Under the pieces are notes generated by a model. The model was given only the letters and a program-made list of their open reading frames with translations, was not told the DNA's origin and searched no databases. Of a stretch of 64,000 nucleotides of DNA, positions 29,477 to 39,367 are shown one piece after another. The stretch is from Opitutia bacterium (GTDB taxonomy: Bacteria > Verrucomicrobiota > Verrucomicrobiia > Opitutales > T3Sed10-336), in the NCBI GenBank assembly GCA_050506795.1, contig JBJHCF010000018.1:1-64000 (forward strand). The letters are read 5' to 3'. Both the position numbers and the translations under genes were made by a program. Every line of letters starts with the position of its first letter. Position 1 is the stretch's first letter.

Positions 29477-30778
29477 TCACTCTTCCTTTTCGGTGTCCTC
29501 CACCGGTGGCGCGGGCAGCCGGACCTGGGCGCTGAGCACGCGTTTTTCGGAAACGCCGGTCACCGTGACTTCGAGCAACCCAAGTAGGAACTTTTCCCGG
29601 TCGCGGGGCATGCGGCCCAGTTCGGAGGTGATCAAACCGCCGAAGGTGGACACCTCCGTATCCGACAGTTCGATACCCAGTCGCTCGGCGACGTCGTGTA
29701 TTGGAGTCAGCCCATCGATCTGGTAGGACCCGTCTTCCAACGTTTGAATCTGGGTTTCCTCGCGGTCGAACTCATCATGGATTTCCCCCACCAGTTCCTC
29801 CAGAATGTCCTCCAGGGTGATGGCCCCCACCGCGCCCCCGAACTCATCCACGGCCAGGGCCATGTGGATCTTTTGCTGCAGGAAACGCTCCAGCACGTAA
29901 TCGAGCGAGTCGTCCACCGAAAAGCGCTGGATGTCGCGCCGGAACTTCCTCAAGTCGAGACGGTTCAAATCGTTTTTCTGCCGAAACAGGTCCTTGATGT
30001 GCACCAGGCCGACACAGCGGTCGAGGTCGCCCTCGCAGAGGGGAAAACGGGTGTGGCCGCTTTTGCGGGCCACTTCGATGTTGGCGACAATTCCGTCCTC
30101 CAGATCGAAGTACTGCAGGCGGTTTCGCGGAATGACGACATCCTGCGCCACCAGATTGCGAAGCTGCAGGGCGTTGCTGAGAATCCGTTCGGTTATAGGC
30201 GAAACCTCCTCGCCGTCGGACAACAACGAACGTATCTGCACCTCGACATCGATCAAGTTGGTCTCCTGCCCCGTTTCCGCATTGAGGGTTTTCAGGATCG
30301 CGTTGGCCGATTTTTCCAGGAGTGTGGACAGGGGCCGCAGCAGACCGGCGAATATTCGAATGAAAATCGAAGACGCACCCAGCGCCTGGATGGGATAACG
30401 GATGCCCAATGCTCGCGGCACGAGTTCCCCGACCACGGTCATAAAAAACCAGGTCACCAGGAAACAGCCCACCCAGGCCGATCCGCGGACCGCGCCGCTT
30501 TCCGATGCTCCGGTCAGGGTGAAAACGCGCTCCACCACAAAAACCATCAGGATTCCCACCCCCAATGTGCAGGCGATACTGCCGAATTTGATGGCCCGGG
30601 CATGGCGACCCGCAGAGCCCATCAGCGCCACAATGGCCCGACGGCTTTTCGCCTTATCCAGCAGGGCGGTGTCGAACCGGGTAAAGTGGAGCTTGATCAG
30701 ACTGTAATCCGCCGCGACGAACACGGCGTGCAGAAAGACGAGGCCAAAAATGATCAACAGCGGCCAAAGAATATCCAT
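29477..30778 (-). CDS. Hemolysin-family CNNM/CBS/CorC protein
   Basis: GELVPR, GHTRFP, VDEFGG..TLEDILEELVGEI.DEFD motifs. Confidence 0.92.
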   Translation of the reverse strand: MDILWPLLIIFGLVFLHAVFVAADYSLIKLHFTRFDTALLDKAKSRRAIVALMGSAGRHARAIKFGSIACTLGVGILMVFVVERVFTLTGASESGAVRGSAWVGCFLVTWFFMTVVGELVPRALGIRYPIQALGASSIFIRIFAGLLRPLSTLLEKSANAILKTLNAETGQETNLIDVEVQIRSLLSDGEEVSPITERILSNALQLRNLVAQDVVIPRNRLQYFDLEDGIVANIEVARKSGHTRFPLCEGDLDRCVGLVHIKDLFRQKNDLNRLDLRKFRRDIQRFSVDDSLDYVLERFLQQKIHMALAVDEFGGAVGAITLEDILEELVGEIHDEFDREETQIQTLEDGSYQIDGLTPIHDVAERLGIELSDTEVSTFGGLITSELGRMPRDREKFLLGLLEVTVTGVSEKRVLSAQVRLPAPPVEDTEKEE

Positions 30779-30875
30779 GATGCAAAACCGGGCGGAGCCG
30801 GAACTGAAAGTTCGCGCGGGAAACGGTTCGCTGTCAACGGGAATCGGGACCGGCGGGGGAACCGGTTCCGCCGTC

Positions 30876-31817
30876 TCAACCCCTCACTTCCAATCCGAAA
30901 GGCACGTAGACTTCACGTCCGTCGATCTTCACCTGTGCCCAGATCTTGTAGAAACCCGGCCGGTTCACCTGGAGCATGAACCCGATCTCCGGACGCAACG
31001 GATCGAGGTCGTAGCCGGTGCCTTCGAACAGTGGGTGCATGTGGGTGAAACCGCTGCGGTCCGTGTCGAAGCCCACCAGGTGCGCGTACTCGCCCATGAT
31101 GGGCTGCAGGGTGACCGGACGGCCGGATTCCCGGTGGGCGACGCGCAGGTGAAGGGCTTGAGGCCGCCCCGCCCGGTAGCCTTCCTCCGGGACCGCCAGT
31201 TCGAACCGGTAATCCCCCACCTCAATCTCGCGGTCGGTCCGCACCTCGATCGGACGTCCCTCTCCGGGTACCGGAAAATCGGTCACGGCATAGACGGGCC
31301 GTCCGGTGCGAAGGGAGTAAAACTCGGCGAAGATCTTGTAGTCCCCACTCGCCCGCGGAGTGAAGGAAAAGCGGTACTCGCCGGGAACATCACCCGGACG
31401 CGGGTGCTTGTGATGGTAATCGCCCAGACTCGGATCCACGATCAGCAGGTGCACCATTTCCTCGTGAGTTTCCCGGATGTCGTCGAAGGTGATTGCCTTG
31501 CCGCCAACCGTCTCAATGGAAAACACCACCTCGACCTCCTCGCCGGGTACCGGCGGATTCAGGGGGCTGGCGTGCAACCGTACCGGTGACACCCGGTTAT
31601 TGACCGCGCTGAATCCGAGATTGCTCACGTCGCACAGTTCCACCCGGCGGTCGGTGGCGCCGGCGGCGGCGAGGAACTGCCCCGGCCGTTCGGGCGCCAC
31701 CGCTCCGGGGGCCAGGCGCAAAAGGAAAAAGAGCATCACCGCCGCGCCCGTGATCAGCAGCGTCTGTTTTTTCCGCGAGGGCTCCAAGTCGTGCCACAGC
31801 TTTTTCATCGCGCTCAT
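30876..31817 (-). CDS. Exported His-rich two-domain protein, putative copper binding
   Basis: N-terminal TM; repeated motifs HLLIVD..YHHKHP and HLVGFD..FTHMHP; overlaps the SCO gene stop. Confidence 0.6.
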   Translation of the reverse strand: MSAMKKLWHDLEPSRKKQTLLITGAAVMLFFLLRLAPGAVAPERPGQFLAAAGATDRRVELCDVSNLGFSAVNNRVSPVRLHASPLNPPVPGEEVEVVFSIETVGGKAITFDDIRETHEEMVHLLIVDPSLGDYHHKHPRPGDVPGEYRFSFTPRASGDYKIFAEFYSLRTGRPVYAVTDFPVPGEGRPIEVRTDREIEVGDYRFELAVPEEGYRAGRPQALHLRVAHRESGRPVTLQPIMGEYAHLVGFDTDRSGFTHMHPLFEGTGYDLDPLRPEIGFMLQVNRPGFYKIWAQVKIDGREVYVPFGLEVRG

Positions 31818-32737
31818 ACGCCTCCCTCCTCTCGCAATCGGTTTAGAAAATCACTGACCAGCCAGCGACTTCCGTCGACCCGGTGGACGACGGAACCGTT
31901 CTCATCGATGAGCAGGGTCGCCATGGTGTGCTGAAAGTACATGTCGTCGTCCGGGTAGGAGAGGATGCCGATTTGCGTCATCAGGTCCCGCACGGCGCGT
32001 TCGGGTCCGGTGAGAAAGGAAAAATTCTCCAAATCAATCATGCGGTCGGTAGCGTACTCCCGAAGCACTCCCGGCGTGTCGTATTCCGGGTCGAGGGTCA
32101 CCGACACCAACTCAAACCGTTCCACCCCCGCCTCGGTCGCCGCCCGCTGCAACTGCCGCATGCGCTCGGTCGCCGCCGGGCACATTTCCGGATCCATACA
32201 GCGGGTGAAGATGAAATTCATCACCACCCGGTTTCCCGAAAAACGCTCCGGCCGGACCACTCGCCCGAACTGGTCGTACAAGGCGAAACGCGGCAGGCTT
32301 TCGCCTTCCAAGAGGTAAGCTCCCTCGCCGCGCAGAACGGTATCCTGGCGCAACCGGCGGTTGACAGCCTCGACCACCCGGGCGGAATCGTCGTCCGCCG
32401 GCCACACGCCCTCCAAACGGTAGGCGGTGCCTTCGTCTTCGGCATCCAACAGCAACGCCCGTATGCGCGCTCCGGCCTCGGCGTTGGCCAGATCTCCCCG
32501 GCGAACGGAGGCCCAGACTTCCGGTTCGGTCAGGAAGTCGGCGCCCGAGCCGACCTCCACCCGGACCGCTCCTCGGACCTCATCCACCTCCAGGATCGTG
32601 CCGCTGAAGGCGCGCGCGTCCCTGGCGTTTTCCGAACAACCGCTCAGAAACAACGCTCCCAGCCCAAATCCGGCCAATAAACAAGCCGTGTAAAGGCAGG
32701 TTCTCACTCGCTTCGACTGTAAACAATTCACGACCAT
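31814..32737 (-). CDS. SCO-family lipoprotein with an extra N-terminal domain
   Basis: Lipobox LSGC; FIFTRCMDPEMCP, SVTLDPEYDTP, FLTG and the conserved His. Start uncertain. Confidence 0.88.
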   Translation of the reverse strand: MVVNCLQSKRVRTCLYTACLLAGFGLGALFLSGCSENARDARAFSGTILEVDEVRGAVRVEVGSGADFLTEPEVWASVRRGDLANAEAGARIRALLLDAEDEGTAYRLEGVWPADDDSARVVEAVNRRLRQDTVLRGEGAYLLEGESLPRFALYDQFGRVVRPERFSGNRVVMNFIFTRCMDPEMCPAATERMRQLQRAATEAGVERFELVSVTLDPEYDTPGVLREYATDRMIDLENFSFLTGPERAVRDLMTQIGILSYPDDDMYFQHTMATLLIDENGSVVHRVDGSRWLVSDFLNRLREEGGV

Positions 32738-32862
32738 ACCGCTTTCGAAAAACCTTTCGCGTGTTAAACTTCCTCTTGCCACCCGACAGCACCCATTATT
32801 GGCTGTTTGGTTTCGCAAGCAATTCCTGTCGTCAGAATCCATCATCATCGAACTGCCGCACG

Positions 32863-33903
32863 ATGCCGTCAATAGCCGTCCGCCAAAGGAATCAAAATCA
32901 TAAGCCCGCCCTGGCGTGGCTGGCCTGGTTCACCGTGTCCTGGACGCTTCTCCTGCTGTTCATGGGCGGATTCACCACCAGCATCGGCGCCGGCATGGTT
33001 TTCCTGGACTGGCCGCTGTCGGACGGCTCCCTCAACCCGCAGGGGTGGCTGAGCGACCAGGATATGTTCGCCGAACACAGCCACCGGCTGCTCGGCGCGC
33101 AGGTCGGCCTGCTGGTCATGGCGATCGGCATCTATATTTTCCTCAAAGAGGAACGCCCCTGGCTGCGCTGGCTGGCACTGTTCGCCTTCCTGCTGGTGAC
33201 CGTCCAGGGGCTCCTGGGCGGCGGACGAGTGCTTTTCGACGAACTGAACATCGAATCCGACCACAACCTGCTCGCCCAAACCCTGGCCATCATCCACGCC
33301 TGCGCCGCGCAGATTTTCCTCTGTGTCATGGTAGCCATCTCCCTCGGACTCACCCGATTCTGGATCGAGCGCAACGCCGGACTGAGCCGGCCGATGCCGC
33401 GGGGTCTGAAGCTTTGGGGATTGGCCGCCTGCGTCGCGATTTTCCTGCAGTTGATCGCGGGCGCGGTCATGCGGCACCATCACGCCGGCATGGCCATTCC
33501 GTATTTCCCCCTCTCCTCCCCGGACTCGCTGCTGCCGGCCGCCTGGGGTTTTCACGTCGGCATCCACTTCGCTCACCGGGTGGGAGCGGTGGTGGTCACC
33601 GTCGTTTTGCTGGCGTTTGTGTGGCAACTCTGGCGACGGCCCGAAGCCCTCCCGGTCCAGCGTGTCCTGGCCGCCTCTCTGGTTCTACTGCTGACAATCC
33701 AGATTTACCTGGGAGCGTCCATCATTTGGAGCGTGCGCAATCCCTACCCGACGACCCTGCACGTTATCGTCGGCGCGCTCATCCTGGCGACCGCCTGGGC
33801 CATTACCTTCACCTGCTTTCGCCGCACGGAGCCGGTTGCCTACGGGGCAAGGAACGACGTCGAACGTCAAACAAACCCCAGCGGCGCCGCGATCGGAGGA
33901 TGA
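32863..33903 (+). CDS. ctaA: Heme A synthase (COX15/CtaA family)
   Basis: AGM...DWP, EHSHR, QGLLGG, HFAHR and His-bearing TM helices. Confidence 0.88.
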   Translation: MPSIAVRQRNQNHKPALAWLAWFTVSWTLLLLFMGGFTTSIGAGMVFLDWPLSDGSLNPQGWLSDQDMFAEHSHRLLGAQVGLLVMAIGIYIFLKEERPWLRWLALFAFLLVTVQGLLGGGRVLFDELNIESDHNLLAQTLAIIHACAAQIFLCVMVAISLGLTRFWIERNAGLSRPMPRGLKLWGLAACVAIFLQLIAGAVMRHHHAGMAIPYFPLSSPDSLLPAAWGFHVGIHFAHRVGAVVVTVVLLAFVWQLWRRPEALPVQRVLAASLVLLLTIQIYLGASIIWSVRNPYPTTLHVIVGALILATAWAITFTCFRRTEPVAYGARNDVERQTNPSGAAIGG

Positions 33904-34823
33904 TGGCGACCTCGGCAAAAACCCGGCGTCCCGCCGAGGGGTCCACCGTCGACCCGGTCCTTCCCGCCTGGAGCCGGTACCTGGATCTGACCAAACCGAG
34001 GCTCAGCCTCCTTTCGGTGCTGACCGTGCTGATCGGCTACTTCGCCGCGCGCCCGGCGCTCGACCCCTGGGTGATTTTCCACCTGGCGGTCGGGACCTCC
34101 CTGGCGGCCGGCGGAGCCGCCGCCCTGAACCAGTGGTGGGAACGCCGGACCGACGCCGCCATGCGCCGGACGCGCGATCGCCCGCTGCCCGCCGGCGACA
34201 TCCACCCCGCCCGGGCGGCCGCCCTCGGACTGCTGCTTTCCCTGATCGGAGCGGTGCAACTCCTGCTCTGGGTGAACCTCCTCGCCGGATTGCTGCTGGT
34301 CCTGACCGTGGCCACCTACGTCCTGGTGTACACTCCCCTTAAGAAACGAACCCACTGGTGCACCGAGGTAGGCGCGATCTCCGGAGCGCTCCCGCCGCTC
34401 ATCGGATGGGCGGGCGCGGAAGGCGCGCTCGGACCGGGCGCCTGGGTGCTGTTCGGTGTGCTCGCCTTCTGGCAAATGCCGCATTTCCACGCCATCGCCT
34501 GGTTGTACCGGCAGGACTACGCCGCCGCCGGCTTCCCCATGCTGGCGGTAATCGATTCCGGAGGCGCCCGGCTCGCCCGGCACATGAACGCCTACGGCGT
34601 TTTGCTGTTTCTCTGCGCCCTGGGACCGGTGGCCCTGGGCATGACCGGGTTGCTTTACCCGGCGGCGGCCGTCCTGCTGAACGGTTATTTCCTGCGGGAA
34701 ATCCTGCGGTTTCATCGCGGCGCCGATCGCGACGCCGCGGCCCGTAAAATCTTTTTCGCCTCCATCCTGCTCCTGCCACTCCTGCTGGGAGCGCTGGTGG
34801 TCGACGTCTGGTTCGTCAGGTAA
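33900..34823 (+). CDS. ctaB: Protoheme IX farnesyltransferase (heme O synthase)
   Basis: LTKPR, NQWWERRTDAAMRRTRDRP, YTPLK, GALPPLIGW and WQMPHF motifs. Confidence 0.95.
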   Translation: MMATSAKTRRPAEGSTVDPVLPAWSRYLDLTKPRLSLLSVLTVLIGYFAARPALDPWVIFHLAVGTSLAAGGAAALNQWWERRTDAAMRRTRDRPLPAGDIHPARAAALGLLLSLIGAVQLLLWVNLLAGLLLVLTVATYVLVYTPLKKRTHWCTEVGAISGALPPLIGWAGAEGALGPGAWVLFGVLAFWQMPHFHAIAWLYRQDYAAAGFPMLAVIDSGGARLARHMNAYGVLLFLCALGPVALGMTGLLYPAAAVLLNGYFLREILRFHRGADRDAAARKIFFASILLLPLLLGALVVDVWFVR

Positions 34824-34829
34824 GCCGCT

Positions 34830-35261
34830 ATGACCTTTACCGAATTTCTTCCCACACTGAACGCCATTCTCAACGGGATCGCCACCGCCCTGTTGACCGC
34901 CGGGTTCATCGCCATCATGCGGCAGAAAGTCAAAGGCCACCGCACCTGCATGGTGTCCGCCTTCGGCGTGTCTCTGGTCTTCCTCTTTTTCTACGTTTTG
35001 CACAAGGTTCTGGTCCGCGGAGTGCACACGGAGTTCCAGGGTGAAGGGCTCTGGGCCTGGATCTATTATCCCATGCTCATTTCCCACATCATCCTGGCCA
35101 TGGTGATCGTGCCCCTGGTGATCGTCACTTTCCTGCACGCCCTCAAAGGCCGCTTCAAACGGCACCGCGCCTGGGCGCGGTGGACCTTCCCGCTCTGGTA
35201 TTACGTTTCCGTGACCGGGGTGCTGGTGTACTTCTTCCTCTACCACTGGTTCACTGGCTGA
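34830..35261 (+). CDS. DUF420 family membrane protein
   Basis: PTLNAILN, HRTCM, LISHIILA and WYYVSVTG motifs. Confidence 0.9.
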   Translation: MTFTEFLPTLNAILNGIATALLTAGFIAIMRQKVKGHRTCMVSAFGVSLVFLFFYVLHKVLVRGVHTEFQGEGLWAWIYYPMLISHIILAMVIVPLVIVTFLHALKGRFKRHRAWARWTFPLWYYVSVTGVLVYFFLYHWFTG

Positions 35262-35277
35262 AAGCCCAAAGGTCGCC

Positions 35278-36315
35278 ATGTACCTGCGCTCTTTAGCCAC
35301 CGCGGTTCCGCCGGAAGCCTTCACTCAGAACGAGTGCTGGGACATCCTGCGCGCCTCCGACGTGGGAACCCGGCTGAACGCCCGCTCGATGTCGATCCTG
35401 CGGAAAGTGCTCACCGCCGACAACGGCATCGATCGTCGTCACTTCGCCACCCCGGACATCGAAAACATCTTCGACCGCGACGTCGACGCCCTCAACGAAA
35501 CCTTTCGCCGCGAAGCCCCGCTTCTGGCCGGCCGCGCCCTGGCCGACGCCCTGGAACGCGCCTCCCTGCGGGCGGAGGACCTCGACGCCCTTTTGATCTG
35601 CACCTGCACCGGTTACCTTTGTCCAGGCCTGACCAGCTACGTGGCGGAAGCGCTCGGCCTGCGGCCGGACGCCTACCTGCAGGATCTGGTCGGACTCGGA
35701 TGCGGCGCCGCCATTCCCACCCTTCGCGCCGCCGGCAACGTCCTCGCCGCCCAGCCGGAGGCCCGTGTCGCCACGGTGGCGGTGGAAATCTGTTCGGCGG
35801 CTTTTTACCTCGACGACGATCCCGGCGTCCTCATCAGCGCCTGCCTGTTCTCCGACGGCGCCGCCGCCGCCATCTGGACCGGCCACCCCCACCAGGAGAC
35901 CACTCCCTTACGAGCCCACGACTTTCAGACCCTTCACCGGCCGGCGGACCGGGAACTCCTCCGCTTTGAAACCAAGGGCGGCAAGCTGCGCAATAAACTG
36001 GCCAAAACCGTGCCGGGAAAAGCAGCCCAGGCCGTGGCCGAACTTTTTCCCAACCACGGCGCTCCTCCTCCCGGCCGGGTGCTCGTCCACCCCGGCGGAC
36101 GCGACGTCCTGCTCGCCATCCACGACACCGTGCCCGCGGGCGACCTCGCGGAGAGCCACTCCGTCCTCCGGCGTCACGGCAACATGAGCAGCCCCAGCAT
36201 CCTTTTTGTCCTGGAAGAATCCCTCGCCTCGCCCTCCCCCGCGAACGACCTCTGGCTCGTCGCCTTCGGCGCCGGCTTCTCCTGCCACAGTTGCCGCCTC
36301 AGCACACCAACCTAA
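35278..36315 (+). CDS. Type III polyketide synthase
   Basis: Cys-His-Asn triad in GLGC, HPGG and GNMSS; also TCTG, VEICS, FSDGAAA and FGAG. Confidence 0.92.
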   Translation: MYLRSLATAVPPEAFTQNECWDILRASDVGTRLNARSMSILRKVLTADNGIDRRHFATPDIENIFDRDVDALNETFRREAPLLAGRALADALERASLRAEDLDALLICTCTGYLCPGLTSYVAEALGLRPDAYLQDLVGLGCGAAIPTLRAAGNVLAAQPEARVATVAVEICSAAFYLDDDPGVLISACLFSDGAAAAIWTGHPHQETTPLRAHDFQTLHRPADRELLRFETKGGKLRNKLAKTVPGKAAQAVAELFPNHGAPPPGRVLVHPGGRDVLLAIHDTVPAGDLAESHSVLRRHGNMSSPSILFVLEESLASPSPANDLWLVAFGAGFSCHSCRLSTPT

Positions 36316-36441
36316 AACGGCTAGCGAGAACCAAGGCCCGCCCTTCAACCACAAAGCCCACGACGAGAAGCGGCACCGAACTCAATTTGATTTCCCCAAC
36401 CAAGAACTAAGAACTAGGTACCAAGAACCCAAAACCGCCCC

Positions 36442-37107
36442 CTACATCCGATGGGCGTGAAAGAGGGCGTGCAGGTCGTCGATTTCCAATTCGTCCAGTC
36501 GATCGACCACCCGGTCGGCGCCCCTAAGGGACTCGCGCGGGTGGGTGCTGGTGACCGCCACCACCCGCATGCCCGCGGCCCGCGCCGCGTGGATGCCGAC
36601 ATGCGCATCTTCGAAAACCACGCACTCGTCCGGGTTCGCGCCGATGCGGCGGGCGCAAACCTGAAACACCTCAGGGTCCGGTTTTCCCCGGGAGACGTCT
36701 TCCGCCGTGACCAGGTCGGTAAAAAAGGACGCCACTCCCAGCCGTTCGAGCGTCGTCGTGATATTGAGGCGCTGGGTGGAGGACCCGATCACACAGGAAA
36801 TTCCCGCCTCGGCCAATCTTTCCAGGAATGGCTTCACCCCGGGAAGCGGTTCAATGCCGCGCTCGGCGACGATCTCCCGGTACAACTCCTCCTTGCGGAG
36901 CGACCAACGCCCGATCTCCTCCGGATCCTCGGTCCAGCACAGCAGTTCGGGAATAATGACCTCGTTCTTCATACCGAAGCTGCGCTCGAAATGCCTCTCC
37001 GGCAACGGCCGTCCAATCTCCGCCGCCAGCCGTTCCCAGCTCTCCTCGTGCGGCCCGGACGAATCCACCACCACCCCGTCCCAATCAAATATGGCTCCAA
37101 TCTTCAT
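36442..37107 (-). CDS. HAD-family phosphatase (beta-PGM-like)
   Basis: IFDWDGVVVDS, GKPDPEVF and VFEDA..GI.AA.AAGM motifs. Confidence 0.92.
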   Translation of the reverse strand: MKIGAIFDWDGVVVDSSGPHEESWERLAAEIGRPLPERHFERSFGMKNEVIIPELLCWTEDPEEIGRWSLRKEELYREIVAERGIEPLPGVKPFLERLAEAGISCVIGSSTQRLNITTTLERLGVASFFTDLVTAEDVSRGKPDPEVFQVCARRIGANPDECVVFEDAHVGIHAARAAGMRVVAVTSTHPRESLRGADRVVDRLDELEIDDLHALFHAHRM

Positions 37108-37213
37108 TGATGTAAAAAAACCATCCTCCCAAACGACACCCCACCGTGGCAATAGCCAACCGCAAATGGCAACGTTAAGATTCCGCAACATCCAACAGGT
37201 CCCGTGTTAGGGC

Positions 37214-37636
37214 GAATGACACGGTTAAGCAGAATGCTACTCGGTTAGGGCCGTTGATCGAGGCAGCGTAGTCCTGCTTTCGCGAGTTCACCCAAAACCA
37301 CGCCCGGTTTTAAAGCATTGCTGAACTGTGAAGATTCTCACACGGAGCCACGGAGCTCACGGAGGAGGGGCCGGTTGAACTCTCCGTGTCTCCGTGCCTC
37401 CGTGTGAGTCCAATTCCGCGGTATTTTTTACTTCATCAAACGATAAAACGCCTTAACCGTGCCATTCCGGTTAAGCAGGTTCATCATTCGAGAAACCGAA
37501 TCCAAATCGGAATCGCTCCTCTGCTTCCTGGAGGGCGGCCATGCGGGAGCATGGCCCTCCAGGGGAACAGCCGATGCGACTTCAATTCGGTTAAGCCAAA
37601 GCGACTTCGATCCAAAGCCTTAACCGAGCGCCATTC
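37214..37636. mobile_element. Tandem MITE/REP-like elements: isolated end, module A (37232-37467) and module B (37468-37636)
   Basis: Several copies of the GAATGGCAC(TC)GGTTAAG end in both orientations; internal similarity to 5545-5930. Confidence 0.8.
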
Positions 37637-37639
37637 GCC

Positions 37640-37921
37640 TTAGTAATGATATTTCGCTTGAAGAAAATCCACCTTGTTTTCGTAAACACGATAAACCAAG
37701 CGATCTTCTTGAGTAATACGACGAGACCAAATATTCCCGGGCAAATGCTTTAGAGGCTCAGGCTTACCCTTTCCCTCGAAAGGCGTTTTCAAAACCTCCT
37801 CCATCATATCCAGGATCTTCTTCGTGATCTTTCTATCCAGCTGGATCCACTCTCCGAGGTCCTCTCTGAATTGTTTCTGAACAATACAAACGCGCGCTTC
37901 TTCTCTATCTCGAATCGCCAT
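37640..37921 (-). CDS. yoeB: Txe/YoeB family toxin
   Basis: PFEGKGKPEPLKH, WSRRITQEDRLVY and C-terminal YHY. Confidence 0.93.
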   Translation of the reverse strand: MAIRDREEARVCIVQKQFREDLGEWIQLDRKITKKILDMMEEVLKTPFEGKGKPEPLKHLPGNIWSRRITQEDRLVYRVYENKVDFLQAKYHY

Positions 37922-38183
37922 CCAAATCCTTGCGCAGATCCTTCACCGCCACAACGGCACCTTCCTGCTCAAAAGAAGCCATTAACGCCTCCAGCAACCT
38001 CCGCGCGTTTTTCGGCGATCTGAGCAAATGCGCGGTTTCCTGGAGGCTCTCCAATTCAGCGGCGGGCAACATAACAACGTCCTCCGCCCCGCGACGGTGA
38101 ATCCGCAGCGTTTCACGATTATCCACCACTTTGTCCCACAACGACGCGAAGTTTGCTCTGGTTTCCGAATAGGTTGCTTCCAT
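37905..38183 (-). CDS. yefM: Phd/YefM family antitoxin
   Basis: TYSETRANF and ESLQETAHLLRSPKNARRL; overlaps yoeB. Confidence 0.93.
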   Translation of the reverse strand: MEATYSETRANFASLWDKVVDNRETLRIHRRGAEDVVMLPAAELESLQETAHLLRSPKNARRLLEALMASFEQEGAVVAVKDLRKDLDGDSR

Positions 38184-38185
38184 AA

Positions 38186-38205
38186 CGTACAGGACACTTG
38201 TACAA
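38186..38205. promoter_or_regulatory. Probable YefM operator
   Basis: TTGTACAA (38198-38205) and CGTACA (38186-38191) just upstream of the yefM ATG. E. coli YefM binds paired TGTACA-core palindromes. Confidence 0.6.
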
Positions 38206-38311
38206 CATTGCCCTCCTGTCAAATCACAAAAGCGCCCCGAGGCACCGAGACCCGCACGGAGTTTGACCACGCCGGACGACCCATTACGGCCATCCCTGAA
38301 AACCAAAATGC

Positions 38312-39115
38312 CTATTGCCGGAAAACCGATTCCAGCGAAGGAGCATCTAGAATCGCCTCGCCCCATTGCTCAAGCTGGTCGGTCGTGGCTTCTTCCAGGA
38401 AGCGACAAACCCATTCGGGAAGCGGACCGAACCGGCGGATGAGTTGACGCTCTAACAGCAGACGTTCCCCTTTCAGGCGCCCTTCCAAGCGTCCTTCCTG
38501 ACGTCCCTCCTGGCGAAACTGTTGTTCGAGTGTCATAGCCGTTTGCCGAATGCGTTCATCTTTTACCATTTTAATCCTCCCGAAAAAGGCCGGTTTGTCA
38601 AGGTCGGCGGCGGAGGCGATGTAGCGCAGGATCTGCTCGAAGAGGTCCATGGATGCCTTGCCTACGAGGTCCTCGTCCCAGACCGGATCATCAAGCAACA
38701 TGCCGAGGCGTTCGGCTTTCATGACCCGCAGGGTGAGTATCCCGGCCGGGGTGCCGACCATAAGCGTGGTGAACAGCAGGTCGCTTTCGGAAGAGCGATA
38801 CTGAGAGTCGATGAAGGACCCGGGATCGAGTTTCAGGGTGTCCCAATGGATTAGCAGGAATAGCACGGTTAAGGCGGCATTGTTTGGTGAAGCAAAAAAA
38901 TACAGCAGGAACTGGACTCACACGGAGGCACAGAGACACGGAGAGTTCAACCGGCCCCACCTCCGTGAGTTCTCGCCGGCCTGAGCTCGTCGAGGGCGTG
39001 ACTCCGTGTGAGAACCTTCACAGTTCAGCAATGCTTTAACACCGGGCGTGGTGGCTGGATCGCTGAAACTCCGCTTGAAGAGCTTGTCGTGGGGGTTGTG
39101 AGGTGGGTGTTCCAT
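38312..39115 (-). pseudogene. Rpn/YhgA-like nuclease with DUF4351-like tail, interrupted by a MITE and internally deleted
   Basis: N-terminus HNPHDKLFKRSFSD (39115), then the MITE, then WDTLKLDPGSFID...SDLLF and EGRQEGRLEG...RRFG.LP...QLEQW. Confidence 0.85.
38858..39053. mobile_element. MITE/REP-like module A, inverted and missing one end
   Basis: Starts GAATAGCACGGTTAAG; reverse complement matches 5610-5775 and 37300-37467. Confidence 0.8.
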
Positions 39116-39367
39116 GGAACGCATGAAGCCGGGGTTGTGGAGATCATGGGCATCTCGCCAAGTGAATCAATCACCGAAATCGACTATCACTACGGATGCG
39201 CGGGCGACGCCGGCGATGCCCTGATCTCGCCCCACGTCCCTATCTGCTGTTGAAGATAGGTTCTTTGTTCTGGATCATCGGACTTCGACGAGCTCAGGCG
39301 AGCACGGAAGCGCCGATCCCGACGCGGAGAGTTTTCGAGAACCCCACCCTCATCATTGGACCTACGG

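Noticed and set aside
32916..33899. 635-aa ORF suggesting a long CtaB or a CtaA-CtaB fusion
   Set aside because: The upstream part is an off-frame shadow of ctaA. The two genes simply overlap at ATGA.
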